In this document: positions 23,683 through 36,111 of the stretch, piece by piece
Layout of the letters: every line of letters begins with the position of its first letter
Numbering within the stretch: position 1 is the stretch's first letter
Origin: Heterodontus francisci
Lineage: Eukaryota
NCBI RefSeq assembly: GCF_036365525.1
Contig: NC_090379.1
Location: 50,216,500-50,280,499 of the forward strand
Length of the DNA stretch: 64,000 nucleotides
Direction of reading: 5' to 3'
Notes under the pieces: generated by a model
Seen by the model: the letters and a program-made list of their open reading frames with translations, nothing else
What the model was told of the DNA's origin: nothing
Databases searched by the model: none
Translations under genes and position numbers: made by a program

Positions 23683-26600
23683 TCTGTCGTCAAAACCAGT
23701 AATTGAGAGCTTGTTAAGATTGTTGAAGACCCAATTGAACGTCATTTCACGAGGAGTTTGTATTTTACAAGGAGTGCACAGGAGCCACAGGGCGTCAGAG
23801 CCCTGGCAGGTATTTAAGGGTGGCAGTTGAGGTCATTGCTGCATTCTGCAGCAGTGGAGTCAGGGAGTTCTCCTTCATAAGAAGTCTGCAGCAGCGCGGC
23901 CAGAGCATTTAGCATGGAGGAGATGGAGTTGAAGAGCCAGGGATCTGTGGTAGAGCCTCCATCGTGCCTTCAAGCTCCTGGCACAGGGGTCAATCAAGAG
24001 GAGGCCGAGAAGGGGCTACGAGGGTGCGTGGGGTGGGCAGTGTTGAGGAAGCAACTGGCAGAGTGGCCCTTCAGACCGGCAGTACCCAAGTGCAATGGGC
24101 ATTGTCCATTCAGGAGGTGGGTCCTCCAGCAAGGAGAAGAATATGAGAGGGAGGGAGGTGCGGGTACACGGATCTGGTCAGCAGAAAACTCATGGCCACC
24201 TGCAGGGACAACCTCAGGATGGGGAAGTGGCAGAAGGATGCATCAGTGACCTTTTTACCCTCTCCCAGTGGCAGGTCCACACTGCTGTCTGGATCTCTTC
24301 TGAGGCTGCTGCAAAACTGGTCACATGCTGGTGGGCAGGATGGCCTGAGGTAGCGTTGTGGTGCTGGAGTCCCTTTAAAGATGGCACCAGCTCATCCGAC
24401 CGTATCAGCTGACAACACAGCTGCCATCTCCATCTCCATCTCCGTCCATTAAATAATCGGCCACCTACCTGCCAGCTGTTAATTCGCCAACTGGCACGAG
24501 ATTACCCCGAGAACAGGGATTGGAATGGGGGCACCAGCGCCACCCACTTCCAGTCCCACCTTCCCTTCCCCACCAGGTCATGTCAAATCCCAGCCACTGC
24601 ATGTTTCCAGCATTATCTGCTTTTATCATGGATATCCATTCAACGACTATGATTTCCAGTTGCCCATACTGATATCTATTGAACTGCTCTGATATCCAAT
24701 TCCCTATACTGATGTTAAATCGATCATATAGTACCACCTCGCTTTCTCATATAAAACACTATTTCAATTTTAAAAAAATGTTTTAAAATACTAAGAAATC
24801 ACCCGTTTGATATAGACAGTGGGACAGTTATTGAATGGCAGAAAATAACCTATAATTCACTGGTGCCTGCACATGGAGAGTTTAAAGCATGAGCAGATGA
24901 TTGCTTTTCAATAGCTGCCTCCTGATATGCATCCCCTTTGTAAAAAAAAAGGTGCAGATGAAACACTGACCATTCTGCCCCCAGTACACTCTTTGCTCTC
25001 CTGTGAAAATGATGCCAGAATTAATGACCCCTAACATATTGCTGTTGCTTTCTTTTCTTCTTACTGTAAGTACTTTTTTCAGTCATTCTTTCAGTGGGAG
25101 TTATCTCTGTGTTTTATATCTGGCTTGTCAGAAATTGTATATGAGGTAGAAGTCCTCTCAGAAAAACTGATAAGACTCTTATCAGCAGCACAGCAAAATA
25201 AGATTTTGTTCCAGAGAATTGTAATAAATTGGAAAGACAGCAACAATTCAGATGGTTGGATAATATCAGAGTACACTTGACAGCTCATTGTACTGTCAAT
25301 CTGTTTACCAATCTCATAGTAACTAAATAGCTCCATTTTTAATTCCCTTTTACTTCTGAAGCATTATATTGGCCCAGATACCAAGTGAATGTAAGTATAT
25401 GGAACAATGAGCTGAAGAATGTAAATCGAATTAGCAAGTGTGCAGTGTCTTTTCAGCTCATTATTTGAACACAGATGCTGTTTTTATGGCGTTCTATGCA
25501 TATGAAGAAACTGAAGTGGAACAAATGAGATTTAGATTTTATTATCCTTTTATAGCATTGCTTATGGGCTTATTTTAATCACTTGGTGAATCCCAACACC
25601 TTTCTCCCCTCTACTAATTTTAAACAATACACCATATTATTAGAATGCATTACCTATTTGCAGACAAGATGGCTGTACCCGATAATCAAAATTCCCACTA
25701 TTTATTGCTTGGAAGTCAAACAAACAGAACTATTAATAGAATCTTCTGCCGGGCGTTTCCTCTGTGTGAAGGTCAGTTTATAGGATTAGCCACAATGCCT
25801 TCAGAAAAGCTGCCACTGGAAATACAATAATGTTTCTCTGTTTCCCCTTCCATAGCCAATATTACAATTATTTAAAAGCAAGTAATATTTTCAGCGATTT
25901 CCTCAGTTGCTGTTACTTTTAGCTCAGCATTTTCTTTGGTGAATTCTTTTGTTAAGCTATTTCTGTTAGAGGTTTTGTTTCAGCATAGACACCACGCACT
26001 TTTGCTTTTACGTGTTTACAAAACTAAAGTCAAACCTTAATATCACATGTCTGTTGGTTATCTCAGCCCTGTCATATTGTCAGTTTTAAAAAAAATCAAT
26101 TGCTCAAATAAGATGACAGTTTAATTGCAGCAGTCAAGTGTCACCTCCTTTGCAGTTTTGGATGCTTATGGATATGAGTGAGGCAGCAGCTTTTTCGATG
26201 AAAATGTGACAGTTGACTCCATGAATTAAAAAAATAAAGGTAACACAGCTTCATTGGACTGGGATTCACTTAGTAACAGCATTAGCAGCTTGTTTCCAGC
26301 AAGGGAGGGCCACAATGGGCATGTTTGTTTCACACTTCTATGACAAGCCTGGGACCCACAATATAAATCTGCGTAGGAAGTATTGTGACGGGACAATGAG
26401 AGGAACAAGGCACTTTTGGCGATGCTCACTAGGTCTCACTTTAGCTTTATATTTCCTTTAAATTTTATTCTACAGGTCACTGTTTTGGATAAGGTTTGCA
26501 AACTGGTCTTAACTGCAAGTCATTAAATGATAGTTCAGTCTCTGAATTACATTTCAAATTTCAATGCAATAAATTATATTATGAGTGCTTTGAAAATGCC

Positions 26601-26708
26601 AAAGACCATTACAACAGCCATATAGTGTTATCAGGGAGGTGCCGCCTTTCTTCTTAGTTCCTTTCCTTTACTGGCACCTATTGGAGCAAAGCTGAGCTGC
26701 CAACCCGT

Positions 26709-26990
26709 TTTTTATAATTCTTTCATGGGATGTGAGTGTTGCTGGCAAGGGCAGCATCTGGTGCCCATCCCTAATTGCCCTTGATAAGGTGGTGGTGAGC
26801 CACCTTCTTGAACTGCTGCAGTCCATCTGCTGTTAGGGAGGGAGTACCAGATTTTTGACCCAGCGACAGTGACTGTGAAGGAACGGCGATATAATTCCAA
26901 GTCAGGATGGTGGTTTGGAGGGGAAATGCATCTGCTGCCCTTGTCCTTCTAGGTGATAGAGGTCACAGGTTTGGAGGTGCTGTCAAAGGA
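26709..26990 (-). mobile_element. 3' end of the tRNA-headed LINE family (with deletions)
   Basis: Reverse complement carries aagggcaattagggatgggca...cacatcccatgaaagaat, as at 46260-46325. Confidence 0.85.
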
Positions 26991-27129
26991 GATTATCACA
27001 AAGACTGCCTATTCCATTTCTGTAATATCACCTGCCTCTGCCTCCACCTCAGCCCATCTGATGCAGAAACTGTCATCCAATCCATGTCTATGTCACCATC
27101 ACATTCAAATATTGCAATGTAAGGAGAAA

Positions 27130-27460
27130 GGGCTAATTGCAATGAGGGCTAATTAATAATCTCGTTGTAAAGGAGCCTTTAGGGAAGAGTGACCATAATA
27201 TGATAGAATTTTACTTTAAGTTTGAAAGTGATGTAGTTCAATCCGAAACTGGGTTCTTAAATCTATGTTCAAGACAGAGATCGATAGATTATAAGTATTA
27301 AAGATATCAAGGGATATCGGGATAGTGCTAGTGCGGGAAAATGGCGTTGAGGTAGAAGATCAGCCATGATCTAGTTGAATGGTGGAGCAGCCTCGAGGGG
27401 CTGAATGGTCTACTCCTGCTCCTATTTCCTACGTTCCTATGTTCCTATATTCTTATGTTC
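27130..27460 (+). mobile_element. CR1 fragments including a 3' tail (short L2 pieces at ~27010-27090 and ~27540-27810)
   Basis: GKSDHNMIEF-coding segment, then ctcgaggggctgaatggtctactcctgctcct and a (ttcctatg)n tail. Confidence 0.75.
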
Positions 27461-30113
27461 TCTTGACTGACCTCTGATCGTCGGTCTTCCATAAATATTA
27501 GTGCTTTCAAAACTCTGCTCCGATCCCACACCAAGACTCATCGCTGCTACTCGTGTTGACCTACTGTGACCTCTGGTCCCCCAAAGCCTCAATTTTATTT
27601 TTCCCTGTAACCTCCTACAGCACCACAATCCCCCTACCAAACTCCCAAAACCTCTGAATTGTGCCTCCCCCTCTTTCTTTGTTCCACCAATGGCTGCTGT
27701 GCTTTTAGCAGCTCAGTCCCCAGTCTCTGGAACTTGTTCCCTAAAACCTGCTCTCCTTTCCACTACCCTCTCATTAGTTAAAGCCCTCCTTACAAACACC
27801 TCTTTGACATAGGACGTATGTGGTAATTTTCCAAATTGTCAGGTAGATACCAGTGGCCTGGCTCCATTATAACAGTTTGATGGCAGAAATGCTGCTGTGT
27901 TACATTCCAAGATGCATTCAGGGCCCATTGTTATCACTGTATACTCAGCCTTAATGCCACATGCAGTGAACTGACTTGGCTGGACACTGGCATTTAAATT
28001 GGTCGGGACCTTGGGTGGGGGGGGGGAGACTGAGTGGGATAGTCTACTTTTGGCTGAAAATACCTTCAAACATTTCAGCTTTGTCTCTTTCACTCATTGC
28101 TTTAGGGCAGCAAGCCGTGAGAGAAAAATATTGCCAGTCACAATGTTATTTTGTGTGATTCATTTCGTAACACAACGTGATTTCATACTTGAAGTAACCT
28201 TTATCAAAAGATGCATTTTATTATTATTGGATGGTTCTTTTCAAAAATCATTTTTGGGTGGGGTACAGTCAGGTTGGGAGCACCATTCTATTAGTGTTTT
28301 GATTGAGTGGAAGAACCTCAGTAATTTACTATCACTGGTACAGTGATCTCTTCCTGGGAAAGTAGGATTAATTTTAAGTGTATTCAAGATCAGTACATGA
28401 AGTGATAATTCATAAGTTGTATAAGTTAAAACTTTAACTCCACTGTAATTGCTAAGCAGGGAAATTACTGCATAAACCCATGGAATAAAACCATGTGCAA
28501 ATTTATAATAAGCACCTCCTGGATGGTATAAACTCCTACAAGCCACCCTCATTATATGGGTCTCAGTTATAGCAGTGTCCCAGTTCTAATAAGTCTAACA
28601 GGCCTTTGCTACTGACTTGTTCATGCTGTTTTATATGCACTTTTAAAAGATCCTCACTCCAGTATGCACCTCATTACAGCACAGTGAGCACATGCCTCCT
28701 CAGGAGATTGTTCTAATGAGGGTGTAGTATATATTGGTATGCATGACTGGCCTCTTCCTTTTGTTCAATCACTGAAAAGCTGCATCTGCATGAAGTGAGC
28801 AGAGGTAGGAACCAAATACAGTTCAATTTTTAAAAAATCGATATGTTTAACCAGTCAAGTAAGAATCCAAAGAAGCATTTAACTAATGTCACAAGAGCAC
28901 GTGTGTGTTACTTTGGTAACGGCTTTGAAATAAACACAACTGGCCAATCAACCAAATCCATATTAAAGGGGTACATAGCTGAAAATCTTCCCTATTCACT
29001 GCGGGGGGCTGGGGGGAGGCAATCATACAGTATTAGGCACTGTTCTCTTACCATATGAATAGTAACACTAGCTTTTAGGGAGTTCTGTTAAATATTTTAA
29101 CTTAGGATTGAAAATGCTGATAGTTATATATTTAGGCAGCCTTTGTTTTCAGAGCATAAGGTATTGCCCAAGAGTCTTGTGCCAAATGATAGATTTGGAT
29201 TTTAAAGCTGTAAATAACACCCAAGCAATAGGTCAACACAAAGGTATGCTTGTCTCTTTCAGAGCAATCACCACAAAAAGCTACGGACCCTTTAAGAATT
29301 CCCAAGCAAATACTCACCAATAATTTTCTTGATTACTACGTATGACTTTATAAATCTCCAAGCTAACCACAAAGATCCTGTTGAGTCATTCACTTACTTT
29401 GCCCTTAGTTTGCTTAATCCATAGCTGCGGTCAATAGCATATTAATATTACAGATTAATTTCAGGCTTAAGCTTGTCTGAGCCAATTAAACGGTCATGCT
29501 GAATTCACTGTGAGAACAAAATTATCTTTATGCACACAGAAAAGGAAGAAAATATTAAAGCAAATTGAGTGCTGATGAAATTAATCATAATCATTGTAAG
29601 TACTTTCAGCTGCCATCACCCAGTGGGAGATGTAGTTTGACTATATCTCCAATACAGCTTCAGACCAACCTTTGATATCCTTTTCACAGATCCTGAAGAC
29701 ATGCTTGAAAGTGCAACTGAGAAGTGCAAATGTGAAAAAGCACTTGGGACATGGTCATTCTTGCCATTTGGGCACTGCATATACCTAACCTCTTTAGCTG
29801 TTTAACAGGGAAAATTTCTAATTAACAAAAAAAAAGATCGTGCTGTGGATTACTGGTGACACTATCTGAGGAATAGCATGTCAGCCAGTTAAAATACTCA
29901 AGGACTTCATAACTTATACTAGTGCAATCATCATTGTATTATAATTAGAGCTTAAATTGTCATGTTCCCAGGCTGATCTGATCTAGATCAGACTTGACAC
30001 TCAACATGATATCTTCATAATTGAAACCCTTGCCATGATACTTTATTCTAAAGACTTATTCCTTTTTTAAAAAAAGAAGCTTAATTCCCCTTTCAATTGC
30101 TTTAAGCTCCCTG

Positions 30114-30432
30114 ATGGATGAGACGTTAAACCAAGGCCCTGTCTGCCCTCTCAGGTGGACATAAAGGATCCTCTGGCACTATTCAAAACAGAGCAGGGAG
30201 TTCTTCTCATGTCCTGGCCAATATTTCTTCCTCAATTAACATCACTAAAAAACAGATTATCTGGTCATTATGGCATTGCTGTTTGTGGGACCTTGTTGTA
30301 CGCAAATTGGCTGCCACGTTTCCTGCATTACAACAGTGACTACACTTCAAAAGGCACTTCAATGGCGGTAAAGCACTTTGGGAAGGCCTGAGGTTGTGAA
30401 AGAAGCTACATGAATGCAAGTTTTTCTTTCTT
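30114..30432 (+). mobile_element. 5'-truncated DeuSINE (SacSINE1-like)
   Basis: Aligns to 7035-7347 (gatgagacgttaaaccaaggcc...caaattggctgcc...gaatgcaagtttttctttc). Confidence 0.85.
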
Positions 30433-30583
30433 TTATCTTACCCATCAACCAAGAAGGCAAGCAGCTGGTTATCTCATTTGTGTCTCCTGTGTTGCACTGT
30501 ACCTGCTGCTAGGAGTAATAAGTGATGAATACCCTGAGTAATTCACTCATTGATTTTTCCTTATTGTGAAGCATTGTTGGCCC

Positions 30584-30806
30584 CACCTGCCACCTTCTAC
30601 CAGTGTCGGCTCCTCCTGCCATCTACTACCAGTGTTGGCTCCATCTGCTACTTTCTACCAGTGTCAGTTCTGCATGCCTTCTTCCACCAGTGTCAGCTCT
30701 ACCTGCCTTCTTCTACCAGTGTCAGTTCTGCCTGCCACCTTCTACCTGTACTGCTCCACCTGCCACCTTTCACCAGTGCTGGCTCTGCCTGTCACCCTCT
30801 ACCGGT
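30584..30806. repeat. 29-bp minisatellite, ~7.7 degenerate copies
   Basis: Unit approximates CACCTGCCACCTTCTACCAGTGTCGGCTC and repeats directly. Confidence 0.9.
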
Positions 30807-31282
30807 AGCCTTATCTGCATTGAAAACTCATTGTGAGGAGAATGACTGGTGAGAGCCTGCAGCCTACCACATTGTGGCACAGTGAGCTTGTTCCCCCAAT
30901 ACACTTTGCTGCAGACTGTCGCAGTAATGCACTGCCATTGTGGAGAACCAACTAAAATTATATAGAAAGGGTTAAATCTTTGTTGCAGAAATTATTTATT
31001 CAGTACAGCAATAGCAAAGCATAAACTAGATCAACAAAAACACAGAGGGCTGATGTTCTCCAAGTGCAATATGGAATAACATAAAAGCTAAATCTGCAAC
31101 TCGATTATTAAGTATTTTGGCAGCTTTGATTCAGTGTTACTAAATTTTTGATCATGTAGTCTATTGATATCATTAGATCAGCTGTTATGGAAGGCTTTCA
31201 CACCAATAGAATATTGGATCTTTTTAGCATCACAAGATGATATTGATTTCATATTCAGTGTGCATATATAACAAAAGATCTA

Positions 31283-33235
31283 TTTTTTTTATTCATTCAT
31301 GGGATGTGGGCGTCACTGGCTATGCCAGCATTTATTGCCCATCCCTAATTGCCCTTCAGAAGGTGGTGGTGAGCTGCCTTCTTGAACCGCTGCAGTCCAT
31401 GTGAGGTAGGTACACCCACAGTGCTGTTAGGAAGGGACTTCCAGGATTTTGACCCAGCGACAGTGAAGGAACAGCAATATAGTTCCAAGTCAGGGTGGTG
31501 TGTGACTTGGACGGGAACTTGCAGGTGGTGATGTTCCCATGCATCTGCTGCTCTTGTCCTTCGAGGTGGTAGAGGTTGCGGGTTTGGAAGGTGCTGTCTA
31601 AGGAGCCTTGGTGCATTGCTGCAGTGCATCTTGTAGTTGGTACACACTGCTGCCACTGTGCGTCGGTGGTGGAGGGAGTGAATGTTTGTGGATGGTGTGC
31701 CAATCAAGTGGGCTTCTCTGTTCTGGATGGTGTTGAGCTTCATGAGTGTTGTTGGAGCTGCACCCATCCAGGCAAGTGGAGAGTATTCCATCACACTCCT
31801 GACTTGTGCCTTGTAGATGGTGGACAGGCTTTGGGGAGTCAGGAGGTGAGTTACTCGCCGCAGGATTCCTAGCCTCTGACCTGCTCTTGTAACCACGGTA
31901 TTTATATGGCTACTCCAGTTCAGTTTCTGGTCAATGGTAGCCACTAGGATGTTGATAGTGGAGGATTCAGCGATGGTAATGCCGTTGAATGTCAAGGGGA
32001 GATGGTTAGATTGTCTCTTGTTGGAGATGGTCGTTGCCTGGCACTTGTGTGGTGCAAATGTTACTTGCCACTTATCAGTCCAAGCCTGGATATTGTCCAG
32101 GTCTTGCTGCATTTCTACACGGACTGCTTCAGTATCTGAGGAGTTGCGAATGGTGCTGAACATTGTGCAAACATCAGCAAACATCCCCACTTCTGACCTT
32201 ATGATTGAAGGAAGGTCATTGATGAAGCAGCTGAAGATCAATCGAGGCATAGGTTACAAAAACAGGGAGGTCATGTTGGAGTTGTACAGAACTTTGGTAA
32301 GGTCACAGCAGGAGTCCTGTGTGCAATTCTGGTCGCCACATTATAGGAAGGATGTGATTGCATTGTAGGGGGTGCAGAGGCGATTCACCAGGATGTTGCC
32401 TGGGATGGAACATTTAAACTATGAAGAGAGGTTGGATAGGCTTGGGTCGTTTTCGCTGGAGCAGAGAAGACTGAGGGGTGACCTGATCGAGGTGTACAAG
32501 ATTATGAGGGGCATGGACAGGGTGGATAGGGAGATGCTGTTCCCCTTAGTTGAAGGGTCAGTTACGAGGGGTCACAAGTTTAAGGTGCGGGGCGGGAGGT
32601 TTAAGGGGGATTTGAGGAAGAACTGTTTTACCCAGAGGGTGGTGACGGTCTGGAATGCATTGCCTGGGAGGGTGGTAGAGGCAGGTTGCCTTACATCCTT
32701 TAAAAAGTACCTGGATGAGCACTTGGCACGTCATAACATTCAAGGCTATGGGTCAAGTGCTGGCAAATGGGATTAGGTAAACAGGTCAGGTGTGTTTAAT
32801 ACATCGGTGCAGACTCGATGGGCCGATGGGCCTCTTCTGCACTGTATTATTCTGTGATTCTGTGAAGATGGTTGGGCCTAGGCCAGTACCCTGGGACTGA
32901 GGAACTTCTGCAGTGATATCCTGAAGCTCAGATGATTGACCTCCAACAACCACAGCCATCTTCCTTTGTGCTAGGTATGACTCCAACCAGCAGAGAGTTT
33001 TACCCCTGATTCCCATTGACTCCAATTTTACTAGGGCTCCTTGATGCCATACTTGGTCAAATGCTGCCTTGATGTCAAGGGCAGTCACTCTCACCTCACC
33101 TCTTGAGTTCAGCTCTTTTGTCCATGTTTGAACCAAGGCTGTAAAGAGGTCAGGAGCTGAGTGGCCCTGGCGGAACCCAAACTAAGCATCACTGAGCAGG
33201 TTATTGCTAAGCAAGTGCTGCTTGATGGCACTATT
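31283..33235 (-). mobile_element. 5'-truncated copy of the tRNA-headed LINE family, split by a CR1
   Basis: ORF 31345-32250 (301 aa) is near-identical to 45390-46271 and ORF 32786-33136 continues it upstream. The RT motif reads FADV (inactive). Poly(A) at ~31283. Confidence 0.93.
32239..32862 (+). mobile_element. CR1 3' fragment with 7-bp TSD
   Basis: ORF 32372-32776 (QRRFTRMLPG...[13 protein letters not shown]...FTQRVVTVWNALP), (attctgtg)n tail and TSD TGAAGAT at 32232-32238 and 32863-32869. Confidence 0.95.
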
Positions 33236-33356
33236 CAAACACCAGGAACAGGACACAGCTGAAAATAGCAAAATATAGATAAAAGTAGCACATAAATGCC
33301 CGCTTATTATTGCTGAGATGCATGGACAGTAACCAGGTGTATTCATTTTAATATGA

Positions 33357-33455
33357 GAACAGAAAGTGCCGGAAATACTCAGCAGGTCTGGCAGCATCTG
33401 TGTAGAGAGAAACAGAGATAACGCTTCAAGTCTGTGACCTTTCATCAGAACTGGC
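33357..33455 (-). mobile_element. Penelope terminal repeat with mutated hammerhead core
   Basis: Reverse complement reads ccagttCTGATGAaaggtcacagacttGAAGcgttatctctgtttctctctacacagatgctgccagacctgctgagtatttcc. Confidence 0.7.
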
Positions 33456-33699
33456 CAGACTGAAGAAACTTTCAAAAGAAGTTGCTAGAGTTACAGAAGA
33501 GCTCGCAAAGCATTTTTTTTCACTTTGCACCTGGATTGAGTTTGGCTTACCTCTGAAAGCTCTAGGAAATGTTTTATTGCCGCCCACAGTAAGAGGTGCT
33601 GAGTATCATTTACAGGAATTCCAATGTGCATTTCCTTATACATAATTATAATGGAGTAGGAGAAAGAAGAAAAGGAGGAGTGAAAAATGCAGGCAAAGA

Positions 33700-34500
33700 G
33701 AGGAAAGGCCTGTGCTTGAGGATGCCATGCCCTACAAGATCTTACCCCTCCTAAAGTCCTCTAGATCATACTAATACTTTAGTGAAGAGATATGTGTCAT
33801 AGGAGGGTAATCAGCTAAAGAGGCAATACAGGATCTGTGCCAGCATCTACATGAAGACCCGAAGCCTAGATCATCTCCCTGGGCAGCTCTGCCTGTGAAA
33901 GATAACTGCACTCAACTTTTATACCACAGGCTTATTTCAAACCACTATGGGAGATCTGTGCAATATTAGTCATGGTATCATCCGGGCATGCATTCATCAA
34001 GTAACTAACACACTTTATAGTACTCTTAGAGAAGTCACCCAGTTCAGAATGACAGCATGTTAAGGCGATCCAGTTTTATAACATTGTTGGGTTCCCCATA
34101 GCACTGACTGCAATAGATGGAACCCACATACCATTACAAGCTCTAAGCGTCAACCTCCTCAAATTTGTTAACAAATAGAAGTACCACTTGCTGATTGCTC
34201 AGATTGTGTAAAGCAACAATGCAAAGAGTCCTTCATGTGAATGCCAAGTTTTCTGGAAATTGCCATGATGCTTTCATCCTCAGGAATGAACTCTTCAAGG
34301 TAGATAGTTAATTGAGCAGGTGGATTGTGGATGTTAAGGCTTGCAGCCATGGATAATGGTCCTTCTAAAGGTTGTGAGAAGTGTTACATGCCTGTACCAG
34401 ATCATTAAGAGAGTCTTCAAGGTTTTCAAGGGATGCTTTTTGCTGCCTTAATAGATCAAGCAGGACTTCGAAATATGTTCCAGACCAAATGTCATACAAG
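33700..34500 (+). pseudogene. Harbinger (HARBI1-like DDE) transposase remnant
   Basis: ALNFYTTGLFQTTMGDLCNISHGIIRACIHQVTNTLY and VGFPIALTAIDGTHIPLQA (DGTH at 34116-34127). Confidence 0.8.
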
Positions 34501-34614
34501 TAGCCTGCAGTGGTCACCATTCCACTGGGCTCTGAATCTGTTTGTCCACTGATATTGAGTTTGGCTTACCTCTGAAATCTCTAGTAAACTTTTATTCCCA
34601 CCCATAGTAAGATA

Positions 34615-35982
34615 ACTATAATCCATTATCAAAGATTTTATAGCAGAGTACTTAGAGAACAGTGGTAGAATTGGGCAGAGTCAGCATGGATTTACGAAAG
34701 GGAAATCATGCTTGACAAATCTACTACATTTCTTCGAGGATGTAACTAGTAGAGTTGATGAGGGGGAGTCAGTGGATGTGGTTTATTTGGACTTTCAGAA
34801 GGCTTTCAACAAAGTCCCACATAAGAGATTAGTGTGTAAAATTAAAGCGCATGGGATTGGGGGTAGTGTATTGGGATGGGTAGAAAATTGGTTGGCAGAC
34901 AGGAAACAAAGAGTAGGGATAAATGGGTATTTTTCTGAATGGCAGGCAGTGACTAGTGGGGTACCACAGGGATTAGTGCTAGGACCCCAGCTATTCACAA
35001 TATATATTAATGATTTAGATGATCTAAATGTAATATCTCCAAATTTGCAGATGACACAAAACTGGGTGGGAGAGTGAGTTGTGAGGAGGATGCAAAGAGG
35101 CTTCAGGGTGATTTGGACAAGTTGAGTAAGTGGGATAATGCATGGCAGATGCAGTATAATGTGGATAAATGTGAGGTTATCCACTTTGGTCGCAAAAACA
35201 GGAAAGCAGATTATTATCTGAATGGCTATAAACTGAGAGAGGGGAATATGCAGCGAGACCTGGATGTTCTCATACACCAATCACTGAAGGTAAGCATGCA
35301 GGTGCAACAGGTGGTAATAAAGGAAAATGGTATGTTGGCCTTCATAGTGAGAGGATTCGAGTACAGGAGCAGGGATGTCTTGCTGCAATTATACAGGGCC
35401 TTGGTGAGGCCACGCCTGGAATATTGTGTGCAGTTTTGGTCTCCCTATCTGAGGAAGGATGTTCTTGCTATGGAGGGAGTGCAGCGAAGGTTTACCAGAC
35501 CGATTCCTGGGATGGCCAGACTGATGTATGAGGAGAGATTGAGTCGGTTCGGATTATATTCGCTGGAGTTCAGAAGAGTGAGGGGGATCTCATAGAAACC
35601 TATAAAATTCTAACAGGACTTGACAGGGTAGATGCAGGAAGGATGTTCCCGATGGTGGGGGGGGGGAGTCCAGAACCAGGGGTCCTAGTCTAAGGATAGG
35701 CGGTAAACCTTTCAGGACTGAGATGAGGAGAAATGTCTTCACCCAGAGAGTGGTGAGCCTGTGGAATTCGCTAACACAGAAAGCAGTTGAGGCCAAAACA
35801 TTGTACGCTTTCAAGAAGGAGTTAGATATAGCTCTTGGGTCTAAAGGGATCAAAGGGTATGGGGAGAAAGCGGGAACAGGTTACTGAGTTGGATGATCAC
35901 CCAGGATCATAATGATTGGCAGAGCAGGCTCGAAGGGCCGAATGGCCTACTCCTGCTCCTATTTTCTATGTTTCTGTGTTTC
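34615..35982 (+). mobile_element. CR1 LINE, RT to 3' tail
   Basis: [37 protein letters not shown] and (ttctatgt)n tail. Confidence 0.95.
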
Positions 35983-36111
35983 TATAAGTGGCCTGACTGG
36001 TCTAATGACAGTTATCCAATCCTGAGAAACAGTGTCCTGCATCTTGACCGCTAACATTTGAAAGTCAGTACACAGTATGCTTACAAATCTATTTCCATTA
36101 AAACCAGCGCA

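Larger units (their letters stand above)
22224..24595 (+). mobile_element. Internally deleted PIF/Harbinger transposon with HARBI1-like transposase remnant
   Basis: TIRs GGCCGGAATTTTAC / GTCAAATCCCAGCC. The transposase frame VDRPRLSFLQMS|EHQCCRRLHLS*ETVTSLC...VALKVTVALNLYASGSFQ...ISQSSAHHC rejoins once the Tx1 insert is removed. Confidence 0.85.

Noticed and set aside
29977-29992. Perfect 16-bp palindrome TCTGATCTAGATCAGA
   Set aside because: About one such palindrome is expected by chance in 64 kb.
30584-30806. CRISPR-like periodicity
   Set aside because: Contiguous degenerate tandem units with no unique spacers, no cas genes and a eukaryotic context.
31345-32250. Longest ORF (301 aa) as a possible host or domesticated gene
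   Set aside because: It is the RT C-terminal part of a 5'-truncated LINE with a mutated catalytic motif (FADV), and its start is created by a CR1 insertion junction.
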